A DNA stretch of 64,000 nt from Laetmonice hystrix (taxonomy: Eukaryota), in contig OZ249445.1 of the NCBI GenBank assembly GCA_965235115.1, positions 9,238,001 through 9,302,000 of the forward strand. Reading direction: 5' to 3'. This document shows positions 48,801-63,243 of the stretch, one piece after another. A program made the position numbers and the translations under genes. The stretch's first letter is position 1; each line of letters starts with the position of its first letter. The notes beneath the pieces are model-generated. The model saw only the letters and a program-made list of their open reading frames with translations. It did not search any database and was not told where the DNA came from.

Positions 48801-51800
48801 TTTTATGATAAATAAATGATTTACTACGGAATTGTTCTAAGTTCTCCCTAATTGACTGCATGCTGTTCCCTAAGCCGGAGGTTGATCAGTAGCCATTTCT
48901 GAGCTTGAAATCTAGTCTTCATGAGTCATAGACGTTGCTTTTTAAGGTTAAGCAGGTTACGTCAAACTAGAAAAAGTAATAACCCCCACCTTCATCTACA
49001 TCTAGGGTTGGTATATAAGAACACAAGCTCCTGTTCAGACATCATCCACACCGATATAACTAGGCCAGCTCTATTTATGACTGAACCTATTTGTAAACAA
49101 TGAAGCTGTGCCAAAGGTCGGGCCTGGTGGATTTATGATTTGTTAAAAGTCAATAACTTAAGTAATTGTATAGCGTATATTTATAACAGATACGCTGGCA
49201 CATTGTAGATGGTTCTAGTACCGTTCTTGATGCTGGGAGGAAGCTTTTCGTTCTACAATAAACGTATACGGAGGTTACATTTTAACCCTTAGACTGAGCA
49301 AATATAATGGTGGGATATATTCGAAAGGTCAAGTAATGAATAAATTGCAGTCATAAAAGTAGTTGATGCGTGGTGCTTGTCCTCTTCGACAGAAAATGAG
49401 TTGTCCTAAATCAAACAGTGATCTTATCTCCACGATTGAAAATGTTCCACAGAAAATCAGTCTTTGTCAACAAAGCATTAAAACATCGGAAAACTTGAGA
49501 AGAAAGGAGACATACAAATACAATATTTGATGGATTGTAACTTAGATAAACGGTTTCCCATAAAGGCCGCCTCTTAAACTGTTGCGAAACGTTAAGTTTG
49601 AGAGGCACCCGCTGCTTGTCATGCTCTGTTTAGAACTCTTGGGGCAAACTGCAGCAACCCTTGGTCATTACTTGATGGTTGCCATGGAAACCATGTAGAG
49701 TAGATACCCTTCACAGGAATGTGTAGTCCCGGTTGGGGAGGACGATCCGAGGGTGATGTTTATAAGGTACTCAAACAGTCTTTAGGGTATTTTGTACCAG
49801 AATGACAGGTGCTATGCATCAAGTTCTGATAATACTACGTACATGTACATGTAGGCTACTTGTAGCCATTATTCAAGTCAGAATAAACCCTTTGCCTGTG
49901 TGTTGGGTGAAGTTAGCATGTCTGGGAAGGACAACTTCTAAGAAATTAATTACCGGTCCCCTGAAGGTCAATGAGACCTTCCCGTTCCCATAGACAAATA
50001 TGATGTTTTTGTCCTCTCATAGAACAACAAATACCGACTGAAGATAATTACGGCGTGAAGTCATCGTGAGGGTCAAAGTCCTTGAACAGATGCCATGTAT
50101 ATTTTTGTACTGACGTCTGCCGACGGTATTGTTGGCGTTACACAATGATGGCACCAGCTGGAGTTTAATTGTGAATGGTTGATCTTCACTGAGCTACAAC
50201 CACCGGCCAATGGTGTCGTGAGTGAGTTGAGTGTGCGTGACGGAGGTAGGGGGAGCAGTGGCGAGTGAGTGAGTGCGTGTGTAAGGACAACCCCCCCCCA
50301 CCACCACCACCACCACCACCACCTCCACATTCCCGAGCAGGGTTTGACAATAGCCGACTGAACCGTGTTGATCTTTTCTGTCAACACCCACAGAGGACAG
50401 CCAGGGTGAAGCACCTGGCTGTACTGTCGTACCTCACTGATCATGTTTCCAACCCGGCTCTGACACTCAGAATACTGACTGTAGACCGACATGTACAGTA
50501 TATCTAAGTAAAACCACGCTCATGGTGGCCGGAGATATAGATTGTAGGCCTAATAGATTGTAGGCCTAACGCCCTAAGGAAGGCGGGATTGTACTTGTAG
50601 AACGAAACAAGAATGCAGGCCTTCATCGGTACAACTTACTAAACGTAGGTCTACTTATGGCTATAGACAGAGGATGGACACATTGCCTTGAAATTTACCG
50701 GCCTGATAGGCATTATTTACCGTGATACTGTTATATCGACTACATTAATTAGCGGAATTTTAGGAAACGCATTTAGAAAATCTTAGTTCAACAGATACTT
50801 TGAAAGGCCTACTCAAATATAAAATTATGTATGTCTCAATGAGTGCAGATATGGCTAGTAGAAATAAATTGATGACTGCGGTATTAACACCTTAATGAAG
50901 TACGGAGATGCTCGACCATATAAAGATGTTTATAATTGGTACCACGGGGATGTGAGTGGAGTTGAGATCGACCCAAGAGGCCCTCACTAGCTGCTCCCAT
51001 TCATCACAATGTTCTCAGTGTTTACCTTGCCCCTCTCGACATGTCAGGGATTGAGGGGTAGCAGGCACATAAACGGGATCCACAGAGGGGGCCGGGGAGG
51101 GTACCGGGTAATGGGCAGGTCAGAGGTCAGACCAGAGGGTGGAAGAAGATAGGAGTTTGAGTAGGAAACCCTATGGGCCTGCTGGATGAGTCGTTTGTCA
51201 GTGCGGCGCGATGGGCCACATCAACCACAGACCCGTCCCCAGTAGGATTCGGTCTGACCTCATATGTCTATGACGAGATAGCAATATTTGTTTTGGACTA
51301 GGACATGGAGGGCTGTTGATATACCTGTTGCAGGTAGATAGGTTGACCTATAACCTTAGCGTCCAATAATTACAATCGCGAAGAAAAAAGTGAGTGGGTG
51401 TTGGGAGGAAGGGGGGGGGGGTGATACAAAACATCCGATATGTCGAGGTTATAATAGGAGTGAATTGCAGAATTGACAACGAGAAACACTACGGGTATAA
51501 TATACTTCAAGGGCATGGCTTGAAAACTGTAAGGTGATAACGGGTTGAAATGATAGGGTTTACATGGTCAGCTTCCCTCACAGTGGGTGACGCGGTAGAT
51601 AAATGTATGTCCTGCAGTATTTACCCTATACACAGCGTCCAGTCAGGGTAAATACCCACACACGGTCAATGGTCAGTTAGTGTCAGACTTCTGAAAGGTG
51701 GAGATTAAGTAGCGTGTGGGAGGGCAGTGGGCCCCTCGGGCGCCCAGGGACTGGACAGGAGGGCACGATATGGGCACAGATAAGGTGGTCCAAAAGTCTG

Positions 51801-54800
51801 TAGGAAGTGAGCACAGCACCGGTTGATCTGATTAGCAAGCGATCTAATACCCCACCTGTAATCAGGTTAAGATCAACTGGTTCAGACTGCCAGACAGGGC
51901 CAATCTACTGATAACAACCGCTGTACTGCTCATCTAAAGACAAGACGAGTAAGATTCTGGATTGTCGTATTTCCCTCATTTTATGTTGCGTTTATTCAAG
52001 ACTTTGGATGAATACTTCAAATTCCGCTGGATTGAATATCTATTCTCCCTTCTTTTCCTGAAATGGGACTCCTTTCTGGGGGTTACTTTTGAACTAACTT
52101 GTAGATCTCGATCAGTTTGTCCCACCAGCATTAGTCAATTGGAGGTGTACATCTATAATAAACCTTGCACAGGTACTCTCTGTGTATCTTAGCCAATTCT
52201 TTTGTTCCTATCTTTGGGAGTTGAACTAAAATTGCAGGTGCCCAGAATAGAAACTCTGGTATAATGAATGTTAAAGCGGCCTTTGCCTACGTGGCTGGAA
52301 TTACCTGCAGCCACGACTGCTTGGTCAGGGTCACAGGAAAAGTTCAAAGTAATTACCTGGTAGTAGACCATTCTGAATGGGAAGGTCTTGTCCTGGTTAA
52401 ACTTACCCATAGGAGGAGGTGCACTTGAAAGAAGAAATATTTTCTGTAACTTGTAAGGACCGAAAAAACTAAAGATGAGAACTGGCCCTAAAGTTGATAA
52501 AAAAAAATATTTGGTGCATTTTACTGACCAGATCCGGAGAAGAATTTATGAAATATTTCCGAGGTCAGTAAGAGACCGTTAGATTTAGTGGACATTGAAA
52601 GTTTTCATAGATAAATAGGGTTAAGCCTCACTTCTGCAGTGTGTCAGAACTGTCAGGATAGGGCAGTGAATCCTTGTCCCTGGGACATTAAGCCCTGGGA
52701 CAGTAGACTTAGGTTACCATGGGATCTGCTCAGTGCTGGAAGGGACAGGTATTTAAACCCTCAGTCACGAGGGGTCCTCATGTCACTGGATGTGCCTCGG
52801 GAATATTTGTACTTAACTATTTACATGTAATCCTTATTTGAAACTCTTTGCTTGTACTGTATACTGAAGCACAGAAACGTAACATGTGACAGCAAAACAT
52901 TTTATATTTTGGTACTCGACACCCCTTTGAAAAGGTAAATAGTAGCAGCTTTAATTTTGTCAATTAAAGTTGTAGCCTAGCTTGACACTGAAATGTAAAG
53001 CAGATACTGATGATTTGGTGTCGAGGGTTGGATTTCGGTGGTCTATGGTTCCCTACCGGCGGGGACTGATCAGTTCCCACGGACTGACCGGGAACCCCTG
53101 CGAAAGGTATCTTGGCATCAGTGAATGGTCTATGGTGTGGAATCCATTGGTCTGGTTACGGGCCAGAGGTGGGAAGGTGGGGGTGGGGGGAGCCCCTGCT
53201 CGCACCATTCACTGTTACACTAGGACGTGTAGGAGGAGACACGGCATTCCTTTCTGGTAACTCATGGTTATGATGTAGAGGACATTCTAGGCTAGGGGAT
53301 TTGTCGGTCATGTAAAAGGTGCAATCGTACAATTTAGCAAAATGGACCGGCTATCTATTAAAGTACTTTAATAAAAGAAAATCGAATAGTCCCTTAAATC
53401 CTGTATTGTACTGCGGTATCCATGATTACTAGTTGTAGTATGTGTAGAGGTGGCCGACTACAGAAGGTTAATCAGAGGAAGTATTCAAACATAGAGGCGC
53501 AGTTTTCTTCAAAGGTGGTATTAGATTGAAACCTGGTGTGATTTCACGTGGTGGAAATGAATACGGGTACATTCAATGAATGGCTGTCCTTTAATTTCTA
53601 ATAGACTGTTTCTTAAAACCTAAAACCGGGCATGGTTCGTATATGGCGTCTGGCAGACATATTTTGATGAAAGATTTCAAAACATTAATTTTAAGAAAAA
53701 AATAGCGTAGCAGTAAGGTAGTGTTTGATGTTGACGTGTGTGTGTAGTTTGACACGCAACCAGTGAAGTGTGCTGTAGTAATGAACGGTTGATTCTGTTG
53801 ACAGTCACGTGAGCCGGCGTACAGTGTTCAACCATCCAGTGACAGGGGAGTCTGCTGCCGTGGACGTCACACCTGAACGACTTGCTCAACCGCCACCACA
53901 ACCACAGTAAGTACAACAGGGATCGGTGACCACGTCAGATATCGGCTAGACGGAGCTACAGTCACGGTCAGGTCACTTGGACAAATTCAGCTTGTTTGAA
54001 TCTCAGTAAACACAATAGAAAACCTTAGGAATCAGAATTTTCAAAGGGTTCGCAAACAGCCCGTCTCTGTGGAAAAGTTCTTTTCAGCAGAGAAAGGGGG
54101 AGGGATGCTTTGGGGATGTTTGCCTTGCATAATTTTTGTTCAAAGTCCACCAGCAAACCGTGACCAAAAACCATGGTGTAGGATCTAGGGCAGACCTTGG
54201 GGTAGAGCGTGGGACCTGTCTGTTTGCTTAGATCCATATTGCTGGGGAGGGGGTCCCTGCACAAGTTTTGTGGCCTATACTCACTGCTAATATCGGGACA
54301 GCTTGAATGCCTGAATGGTCAGTTTGAAAGGTGGTGCTAATTAAGAAATCTTCCTTCATTTTTCTCAGAGACTTTTATTGGGAGCAGTTTTGCTCTATGC
54401 ATCCTATTTACCTTGTGTGACCCCAGTTTGTATTTATTGTGCATGAATACAGGTGCACTTGATTAAGTTTTGATACGTGATTCTTTAGTGATTCATAGTA
54501 TGTGGGCCTACTCTGACCTGTTCTTATGTCTGGCGACAGGCATGCGATCTAAGTTCAATCAGAACGTTTCTGGTTGGCCAGTCCGTCACGCTTTATGTCC
54601 AAGGTCGTCCAGCTGGGGTCACATGGACGCTTGGGGTCAGGCTTGAGGTCAAGCATGGCGTCCGGCAGCCTCAAGACATCTGAGTCGACAGGTGGTATGA
54701 TCCTGACTCGGAAATGAGTAACGTGTTGTACAGAACTGACTACCAGCCGATTGAGGGCGATATTATCTCCTTGTTCTTTTAAATTTAAATTTAAATTTTA

Positions 54801-57800
54801 AATCTAGAGAACAACATTAGATAATAGCAATAAATCTGATATTGACAGGGGTAAACTACACAGCTATTGTTGCCAAAACCTTTTTTCTTTCCCGCAAGAC
54901 TAATGTCAGCAGACTCTTCACTAACGTAGTCATTTATTCCGATTTTGTAGATATGGTTTATTTACTCTTATCGACTAAAGAATTACCTTCAAATTAAGGG
55001 TCTCACCAGCTGGCCTCTTGGATGGCAGCCAGCCTCAGTGAGAAAGTGTTAGTCGTGGAAATTTGTGATTCCATACCATCAATAAATCATTAGATTCCTG
55101 TCATGCCTGAAAGTTACCACAGAAATTAAACGGAAGCTGCTAGCTCTTTTGCCATGACTTCATGAAACGCTGAAAAAGGGTAGACAACTGGGGATAGCAG
55201 GTAACATAACATGGTCCCGGAGAACGAGATCGGGGGTTAAATGCGAAGATTTTAATAAACTTATGAGCTTCATGTGGACATAGTGGGCAGATTGAGTGTT
55301 TGACTCCTGAAAGGAACTAGTCAGTGACCTTGAGTTCGGCTCATGGGAGCACTCATTTCCCTCTGACAGATGGAGGGGTTGGCGTGGCCTGCCATTTACC
55401 GGTACGTCGGGGTACTAAGCCTAATTGATCTGTCTGAGTGACACCTGTCATCTTTCTGTAACCTGTGGCAGTGAGGAGTAGAGCAGTAAATCATAGACTG
55501 GTGACACCCCAACTAGACTTTACGTAGAAACCTGGATCTAAACTGAGCAGGAGCTCTTAATGACATACCATAATAAATGGCCATCCTACTCATTATGTCG
55601 GTTATTTTAGCTAGTGAAATAGCTGTGTAAATTAGGTTATAAATAATAATATGATGTAGTAGAACGTTGAATGTGACTTCATATAAAAAGTTTTAGTCTG
55701 TTATTTTACACATCCAGGGACTGTAGCCTGGAGGTACCATAGCAGGTCAGAAACAAAATTTACTACTCGCTTCAGAATTGATAAAGTGAAAGCGCCTGTC
55801 GTCGGTTTTCTTGTTGCTCAGTATTGCAGCCACGTTTTCGAATGCAGGACCAAGTTACGGTATTCCATCTTGAACGAATTAGATTGCACCATTGTTTAGG
55901 CTTTGAAAGAACTTGTTATTTTAGGCGTGTAACATGTAGGGCGTTCCTCCTGTTCTTGCCTAACTCCGTCAACATGGTGGGCCTGACGTTGGAGTGTTTG
56001 GGGGCTGACAGTGACCTAGTAAGTGTAGGGGTCACGAGGTCAAGTTTGTTGATACTTTGATCTCAGTGGTCGTCTTGGTGTGGATCGGGTTCGTCAGGTT
56101 GTGGACTGACTTGGGACTCGCCACTGTAAATATGAACAATATATTACAGAAGGTAGTGTTCAATCAAATGTAAAGATAGATGAAACTGTGCTGCCATTAT
56201 GATGCAGACCCTACGGTTGGTATATTCAGGCCACAAACAACATAACCAAAAAGATACTAAATATAGCTGGAGAAATAGAACGGGCAGTTGCTAAGATTTC
56301 CACTGAAGTTATGAAACTAAACCTGACAAGTAATACAATATTATGTGACACCATGAGGTTTTATCCAGGACCCATGTGCCATTGTCAGTTGGCCACAGCA
56401 TGTTATATATGTGAGGGATAATTCTATACAGCAGATGTAGTCCAAAGAGACACGCTGTTCTTCAGTAGTGTGTCTTTTTGTTATCAACCCTATGGGGACA
56501 TATTTGAATCCACGAAGTGTAAGGGAAGGCCGAATCCATGGCATGACTCAGCCATACGTCTGGCACACTGCAGGGAGTTTTAACATTCCAAGACAGAAGT
56601 TTCTTTTTTTATAGTTTTACTTTAGTAACAGGTCTATTTTGTAAATGTAGGGGACCATCGGGACACAGAATGGCAGCCAGCATTTCTGTGCTGTAGGTAT
56701 GTAGGGGTGACTCTGTCAGGTGGACGGAATCTTGCACCAAAAGAAACTGGATTGCTAGAGGTATTTAAGACTGATCAGAACTTAGCTTTCCTTGAGGGAT
56801 TCCGAAAGATATGAATTATTGATATGGAAGTGCTTTGGGTGACAAAAAATGTCAATGATTGAACAAAAATAAATGTATTTGATTATTATTGAGGCTATCT
56901 TGATTAATTCCTTTTTGACTTTGATGTTTCAGGTTGTGTAGCTTATTCTATTAAAGTTCAGTGTATCATTTTAAACCAGGACATTTCATTCACTACTTGC
57001 AGATAAAGTACAGAAAGTATTAATTTAATTTAGCTAAAAGCTTCTCAACCAGAACTGCCTTTCTGGGTTGACTATTATGTGATGTTTGACAGTAAAAATT
57101 GAACTTGAATCCACATTGTCCCACGATGATGATTCTTTGTCTTTTCAAGGTCACCTTCACATGAGCAGAGAACACGACCCCCAGTGGAAAGACAGAAATC
57201 TGTAAGTGCCAACTTCATTTGTCAACGCGTACAACAAACGGTTATGTTTTCCCCAACGTTTGATTTGAAATGTATTCGGCCGAGTTATTGTCGATATCTC
57301 AGTGAGGAAAACATTCATCTTACAAAAGGTGGCACGTTGGTAGTGAAGTGCAGAGCATCTACCTTTTTTGTGGTAATAAGATATTTTGAACAGAGATAAG
57401 TTTTATGTTCTAATTGATAGCTTTTAATACATCTCCCCATCTCGTTTCATAACGATACAAAAGAGTAGGATTGGTTGTTTGTGTCACCTAGAGTTAGGAT
57501 TCAGTATTTATAAACATGAACCGGTATAAATGCGACAGTTGCTCGTGGCTGAGCGATGTGATCCACCGTGTTTTTGAGGACGTTGAGGACAGTGAGCAAG
57601 AGAACTTGCGGATTTAAGTACTGGTTTAAATGTTAGGTATTAGGAGTGAAAGTGTTTTGCAGGTTCTTTTTCATCAGGGATCATTTATCAATCTGTTTAC
57701 CTGCTCAGAGATTGTCCTTTTCACCAGGGATTATTTATCAATCTGTTTACTTGCTCAGAGATTGTCCTTTTTGAGGAGATCGCTTTAAAGTAACTTTGTA

Positions 57801-60800
57801 CACTGAATTTACTTGTAGGAACGTAATGTTTGTGATCCCCGATAGGGGGCGCCACTGATAAAACTGAAATCCGTGGCTCAGTGTTTCCACCCAAAGGCTG
57901 GGTGGTCTCGGCAGTATGGCATCCTTGCCAATGATAACAAAATGTCACATGGGGCTCCAGTGTGCAGGTTTCCTATTAATGTAGCTCATGGACATGGCAA
58001 GCGCTGAATAAAGACATGTTGTTCTCATTGAATCAGTAATGCGTTTTATAAATATAATAGACACATAACGATTCGCGCCACTGCCGATACCTTGTTAATG
58101 CAAACCATGAAACACAATACCAGGGCATCTTTTTCCTGATTCACTGGTCTGACTAAATGAGCTGAATTCTTGCTGTATTGTGGCACTGGGTTCATTTCGT
58201 GCAGACCCACAGCCGGCGTGGCGTCGTGCACCTGGTGCGACTTATTAAAGTCATAATGGATCCACCATTCTCACCATCATGGCCATAACTTTATACACCG
58301 TGTGTGGCGGCATGGGGGTGATTACCAATGTGATACAACATAACAAGAACAATGACTAGCATCACACTTTTGAGAGCCGTGCCACATTTGGCCAGGCTGT
58401 ATAGTCATATTCACCTGTTGTATATTCATTGTTCTCGGCTTTAGTGGGGGGAAATCTTTAAGTTGACGGTAAATGAATCAATTGATACTTTAGATAGTAT
58501 TAATATCTTTTCAAATTTTCTCATGAGTAATACTTCAAAAGGCTAACCACACGGACGTGTGTCGCAACATATGCAGGGAAATCTGAGGCGAAAAGTGAAT
58601 GAAAAAAATGTGGCGTGCCAGGATAGTGGTGGGGTATAGTGTAAGGCCTTTCCTATTACACCGGACCTGAGGCCGAGCAAAGGGTTCAGTTCTGGTTTGA
58701 ATATTTAATCATTCATCGTCCGTATGTTTAGAACCTGTCCTGGTTTAAATATATCTAATTGAATAGCAAAGTATTTATGATTGTCATCTTGTTCAATGCT
58801 GTAGATATAGAAACAAGTGTAAAAAAAGGCTGTGTATTGCCTGGTCGATTATATTTTTGTTTGCCTTGCATGAAAAAAATTACTTTTGATTCTGTTACTC
58901 TAGATGTTAAGTTACAATAAGATTGACTTAGTCAAACGTGCCACATTCAGGATGGATCCCTGAGAAATTGTAATTTTAAGTACGTGTATAATCAAAAGGT
59001 AGTTTTTCAAAAAGCGGGGGAAACAAACACGTCAGAAACGTTATGTGATAGTAGCCTAAATCAAGCCAAGTTGTTTCTCATCCCGATCCCTGAGCGTGTG
59101 TCGGGAATTCGGAAACCAGTTGAACGACACCCCCACATGCAGACTGCCGGTCTGTTATGAATACTTGCATGTGAAATCGGAGCTGATGTGAATAACAATT
59201 TGACCGATATCAATGAGGACTTTGTACAAGTTATCACGTCCTCGTACTGAAAAGAAACAAACTTGGAGCAGGTCGGAGGAGAGAGGAACAGGGCAGGCAA
59301 GTGCACACAGACAGATGTGGAGAGGAGAGGGAGGCAGGCAACACTCCATGCATCCTCCACACCCTGGTGACTTCACCCCCACTTTTTCCGAGCTCAAGTT
59401 GTCATGGATAATTTGTCTCCGAGAGAAATTCACACAGTGAAGGTGTTGGTATAAGTAACTGTCGGCGTCTTTTTGTGCCACACTATGTTAATCTGGACGA
59501 GGCTGCCTGCCTGCCTGCCTGCCTGCCTGCCCTGTGGGCGTTATTTCGCATGCATGGCGATGTGCGGCCGAAGTATTTGATATGGATCTTGATTCAAAGA
59601 ATGGCAAGTATTCACTTAACTGTGAAGAGAGTCTACTAGCAAACCGAAGAGAGAGGGAGAGAGGCAGACGTCGGTGGGTGTGAACAGTAGGCGGGCGGCT
59701 GCAGACTGGCGGTGGAGAACAATTACATTACGTAACATTTGGATGGCACTGGTGAAAGTCAGCAGCACTCAACCAGAAATGTTACCATCTCAATCTCAGA
59801 TTTATTGTTAGCAGCCTTGGGCAGTTGTTTCTGTCCTGAGACACAAAGATTGTGGTTTTGTTGACCCACCATGGAGAGCAAGACGGTAGGAATGTGACGG
59901 TGTACATTGTCATCAGAGGAGGTCAGTACTAGGAAGATCGTAAAAGGTATGAGTGGATATTTTACTTCACACCATCATTGGAGTGTTGAAGACATCATGT
60001 TATTGTCATGATGCTCGTGCTATTAGTACTGCTTCCATGTAGGCCATGGCCCGTGTCATGCATGCGTGTTGAATATGAATACGTTACATGAGTGTGACAC
60101 CATTTCTGAGTGGAGTACTTGTCCTGGTGATTGAACACTTCATGGTTTGTGTGGACACTGGTTACGGTGTAAGTTAAAGGAGGTGCCTACGGCCTCACCC
60201 GTCTGACACCAGTTAGGCTTTCCTGGGGGTAAGGAGGTTCAGCTTGTTTTGTAGCTCCTATGGGCAGAAAGGGTCCGAGCTACATGTAAAGACGTTTGAT
60301 GACCGTTATACGTGGGGGAATGGAAGAATGTTAGGTTACATGATATCTAGTTCAGAAGTGTCTGGTTATAGTTTTGCGTCACGACTCCAAGTTATGATCT
60401 TAAATATTAGAACTGCAAGGCCACGCAATAACTTTCACAGCTTAAATTCGGCAAAAACTTGCTTTGTATGTGAGGATAGCGCGTAGGAAAAGTAGCGTTT
60501 CAGAGAAATTAGCATTGATATTTCTAAATAAATAAGCAGGTTGTGTATTGATGCTAGACCATGCCAGAAATTTGTGAGTTTTATACTTAATAAACACAGC
60601 TGTTAGAAAGTTTGTTATTGATTGTTTATTGAGTGACTGCTACCATAGCCATTAATATTTCAGCCAATCATAGTTAGGCACACAGGTATTATTATGTTTC
60701 TGGCGCTAATGGCGCTTGGACCATTAGGAACAGTGGTGGAGTCTGTTAGGGCCGTGGACAAAGGAGGAAGTTGGTGTTCTTAAAGGCGCCAGTCATTCTT

Positions 60801-63243
60801 TCTAGCAATCTGATTGAGATGCTGTCTCATGGACGTTACTATCTTCACATCACTAACGAACAATAATATTCTTCTTCTGGCAATTTCAGACTTCCAAGAA
60901 AAAGAGTGGCAAGTAAGTATGGAGATATTTATAATGACGTTACGTGTATGTTTTTGGTAATTGTAGGATCTGATGTATTCAGCGGTTAAACGTTCTAGTG
61001 GTTCTGCCAAAAGGTAGAAAAATGCTCTGGCCTTGGGAAACAGGACAGGTTTAATGGAAATATTAATTTAATGAATTCCTAACTGTATTTTATTGACTTA
61101 AGTATGATACTTATATTTTGTTGTGATATATCATGTATGAGGCGTATTTTTATGTAGCCGTTTCTTTGTGAGTAGGATATTGGACAGAACACCTTCGGCT
61201 CCAAGAAGTCAAAACTCGCCGGTCACAATGAGGGGATGGCTCTATAAACAGGTCAGTACTCACGCAGTAATCTCTACTACCACTGTTGGCCTCTTTACTT
61301 TGTATTTCATTATTATCATATAATGAAGTACATGTGTCATTAAGGACCAATATGTGTATTTATAGGGCAATCCAGGCCTTTTTAATCTGGTAGGTAAACG
61401 AATGGAAGGGGATGCTACCTTTGGCTTGGTCACTCTCACATTAAATGGGAGTGTAGACCAAATGTTTGGATGTGATGGTTGAGTATGTGTGCGATTCGAT
61501 AGACTATTTAATGTCTTCATGTAGATAAAAACAACCCATAATGTCAACCGGTCGGTCTCATAACTAGCTAAGGCTCCTGGTACGACCAGACAACACTAGA
61601 GTCGTCACTATTGCAGCTTAAAACGGACTCTGTTAGATTCCCACAGTACTAAAAACTATTTTCGGACAAGGTACTTGGAGAAGTATTGTCCTAATGTCTG
61701 TTTTAGAAGTGGTCATCATTCACATATTCTGCGGACCGTTAGAGGTTTCTCAGAATCAAGTTGAGCTGTATGAGTGAAGTTAACTGAAGTATTGTGGTTG
61801 ACTCATGTACTCCAGGACAGTAGTGGGCTAAAGGCATGGAAAAAACGGTGGTTTGTGGTGGCCGACTTCTGTCTCTTCTATTACAAAGGTAAGGCATATA
61901 GGAGGGGGAGATTGTCTCGTGTCCAGTCCATGTAATTGTAAGGGTCGTTAATCCTGCAATGTTCTGCATCTTCATCCATTGATGAGACACAATGAAGTAT
62001 ACGACACTTGGCGCCACCTACTGGTGTATTTGTGGCCAACATGTTATTTCAGCCATATTGGTAGTTCACAGATGCCTGAACAGCTTCTTCAATCATAAAA
62101 AGACGTTTAGACTGTAGTTAGTTCTCGTGTACAGCTAGTTAGTGGCTAATGGAAGGGGGTATAGTCTGTGATGTCTCAGCAATCTTTTCGTAAAATGATT
62201 GATGCTCACAGCTTGTTCAGTGTCAATGATTGTGTCACGTTTATTGTACTACACTAAACCTCCAGGCATACTTTCAGATGATGACGAAAGTAAGTGTTTG
62301 GGGTCGATCCTACTACCGAGTTATACAGTCAATCCATGCACACGTCAGGATGGCACCAGTCGCAAGTTTGCTTTCAAGGTGAGAATTTAGCAACAGTTTT
62401 AACCCAACAATTGCTACTGTAATGAACGTATTATTGGACTATTTGAGTTTATAGATGCTTTCTTGATCATTTCTAACAACTTTCTTGTTGAAACTCGGAT
62501 ACTGGTAGTTAATATCCCTTTCGGTAATGAGTTAGGGGACCCCATTTAACCTTGTTTACGTAAAACATGTAATTGCACTTTAACCAGCGGAAATTATCTT
62601 TACCATTAAAGTGTAAAAGCCTGTAGACAGAGGTGATTGTTTCAGAATGTAGTATTTTCTAAACTCTTAGATTTTATGTATTTTGCAGGCAGAGCACGAG
62701 AACATGCGGACGTATTACTTTGCCACGGAGACGATGGAAGACATGAACCGGTGGATCAAGGCGATGAGCCTTGCTTCCATGCTTCAGAACGACCCAAGGT
62801 ACGCTCTCCAAACGTAGGACTGGGAGTAACAGTAGATGTCTGACCTCATGGTTCTATATAGATGTTCTACAGGGTTCTGTCAGTGCGGGACTAAATGACC
62901 AATATTAAGGAGAATCCGAGTTGTCTCGGAGTTGTGGCGACGATTGTTAGAGAGAAGCTCCGCATATCAGCAGCAGCAAGCATAGCGCATACATCACATA
63001 CATAACCTTAGGAATACATATTACCCGCAGCAAGCGAGTTACATAGCGCATACATAACATACAAAACCTTAGGAATACATATTACAATTGTGATCAAAAG
63101 CAGAATTCCATCCCCAGATGTCAGATTTAGATTTGTTCCCTATCATAATTGGATAGAGTTGTTACGTGGGGTGAGTAATACAGTGAGTGTTTCCCCTGTA
63201 GGAGAGGCAGACGCCGTGAGCACGCACCTGCTCACGGGCTCAG
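45856..63243 (+). CDS. PLEKHA7: PLEKHA5/6/7-like WW-WW-PH protein, 3'-partial (continues beyond the window)
   Basis: Exons 45856-45938 (MAAVLLREPLPPPWNYGVTGDGRVFFI), 46041-46117 (TTWLHP), 47104-47161 (LPRGWE...GAPYYI), 53805-53906 (HVSRRTVFNHPVTG), 57150-57201, 60890-60912, 61176-61251 (RGWLYKQ), 61816-61888 (DSSGLKAWKKRWFVVADFCLFYYK), 62278-62378 (LGSILLPSY), 62689-62798 (MRTYYFATETMEDMNRWIKAM), probable 63202-63243. Linker exons are less certain. The symbol indicates the family; the paralog cannot be resolved. Confidence 0.88.
50299..50328. repeat. (CCA)n microsatellite
   Basis: Seen directly; gives the spurious poly-W, poly-V and poly-P ORFs at 50073-50507. Confidence 0.85.
57669..57770. 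repeat. About 50-bp tandem duplication
   Basis: TTTCA.CAGGGAT.ATTTATCAATCTGTTTAC.TGCTCAGAGATTGTCCTT, two copies. Confidence 0.8.
59503..59532. repeat. (GCCT)n microsatellite
   Basis: Seen directly. Confidence 0.85.
62981..63085. repeat. Duplication of CATAGCGCATACAT.ACATACA.AACCTTAGGAATACATATTAC, period 61
   Basis: Copies at 62981 and 63042. Confidence 0.8.

Noticed and set aside
47200-59500. Many 60-140-aa ORFs in the large PLEKHA introns, checked for transposase or reverse-transcriptase remnants
   Set aside because: No recognisable RT, integrase, DDE or other motifs; lengths are consistent with chance.
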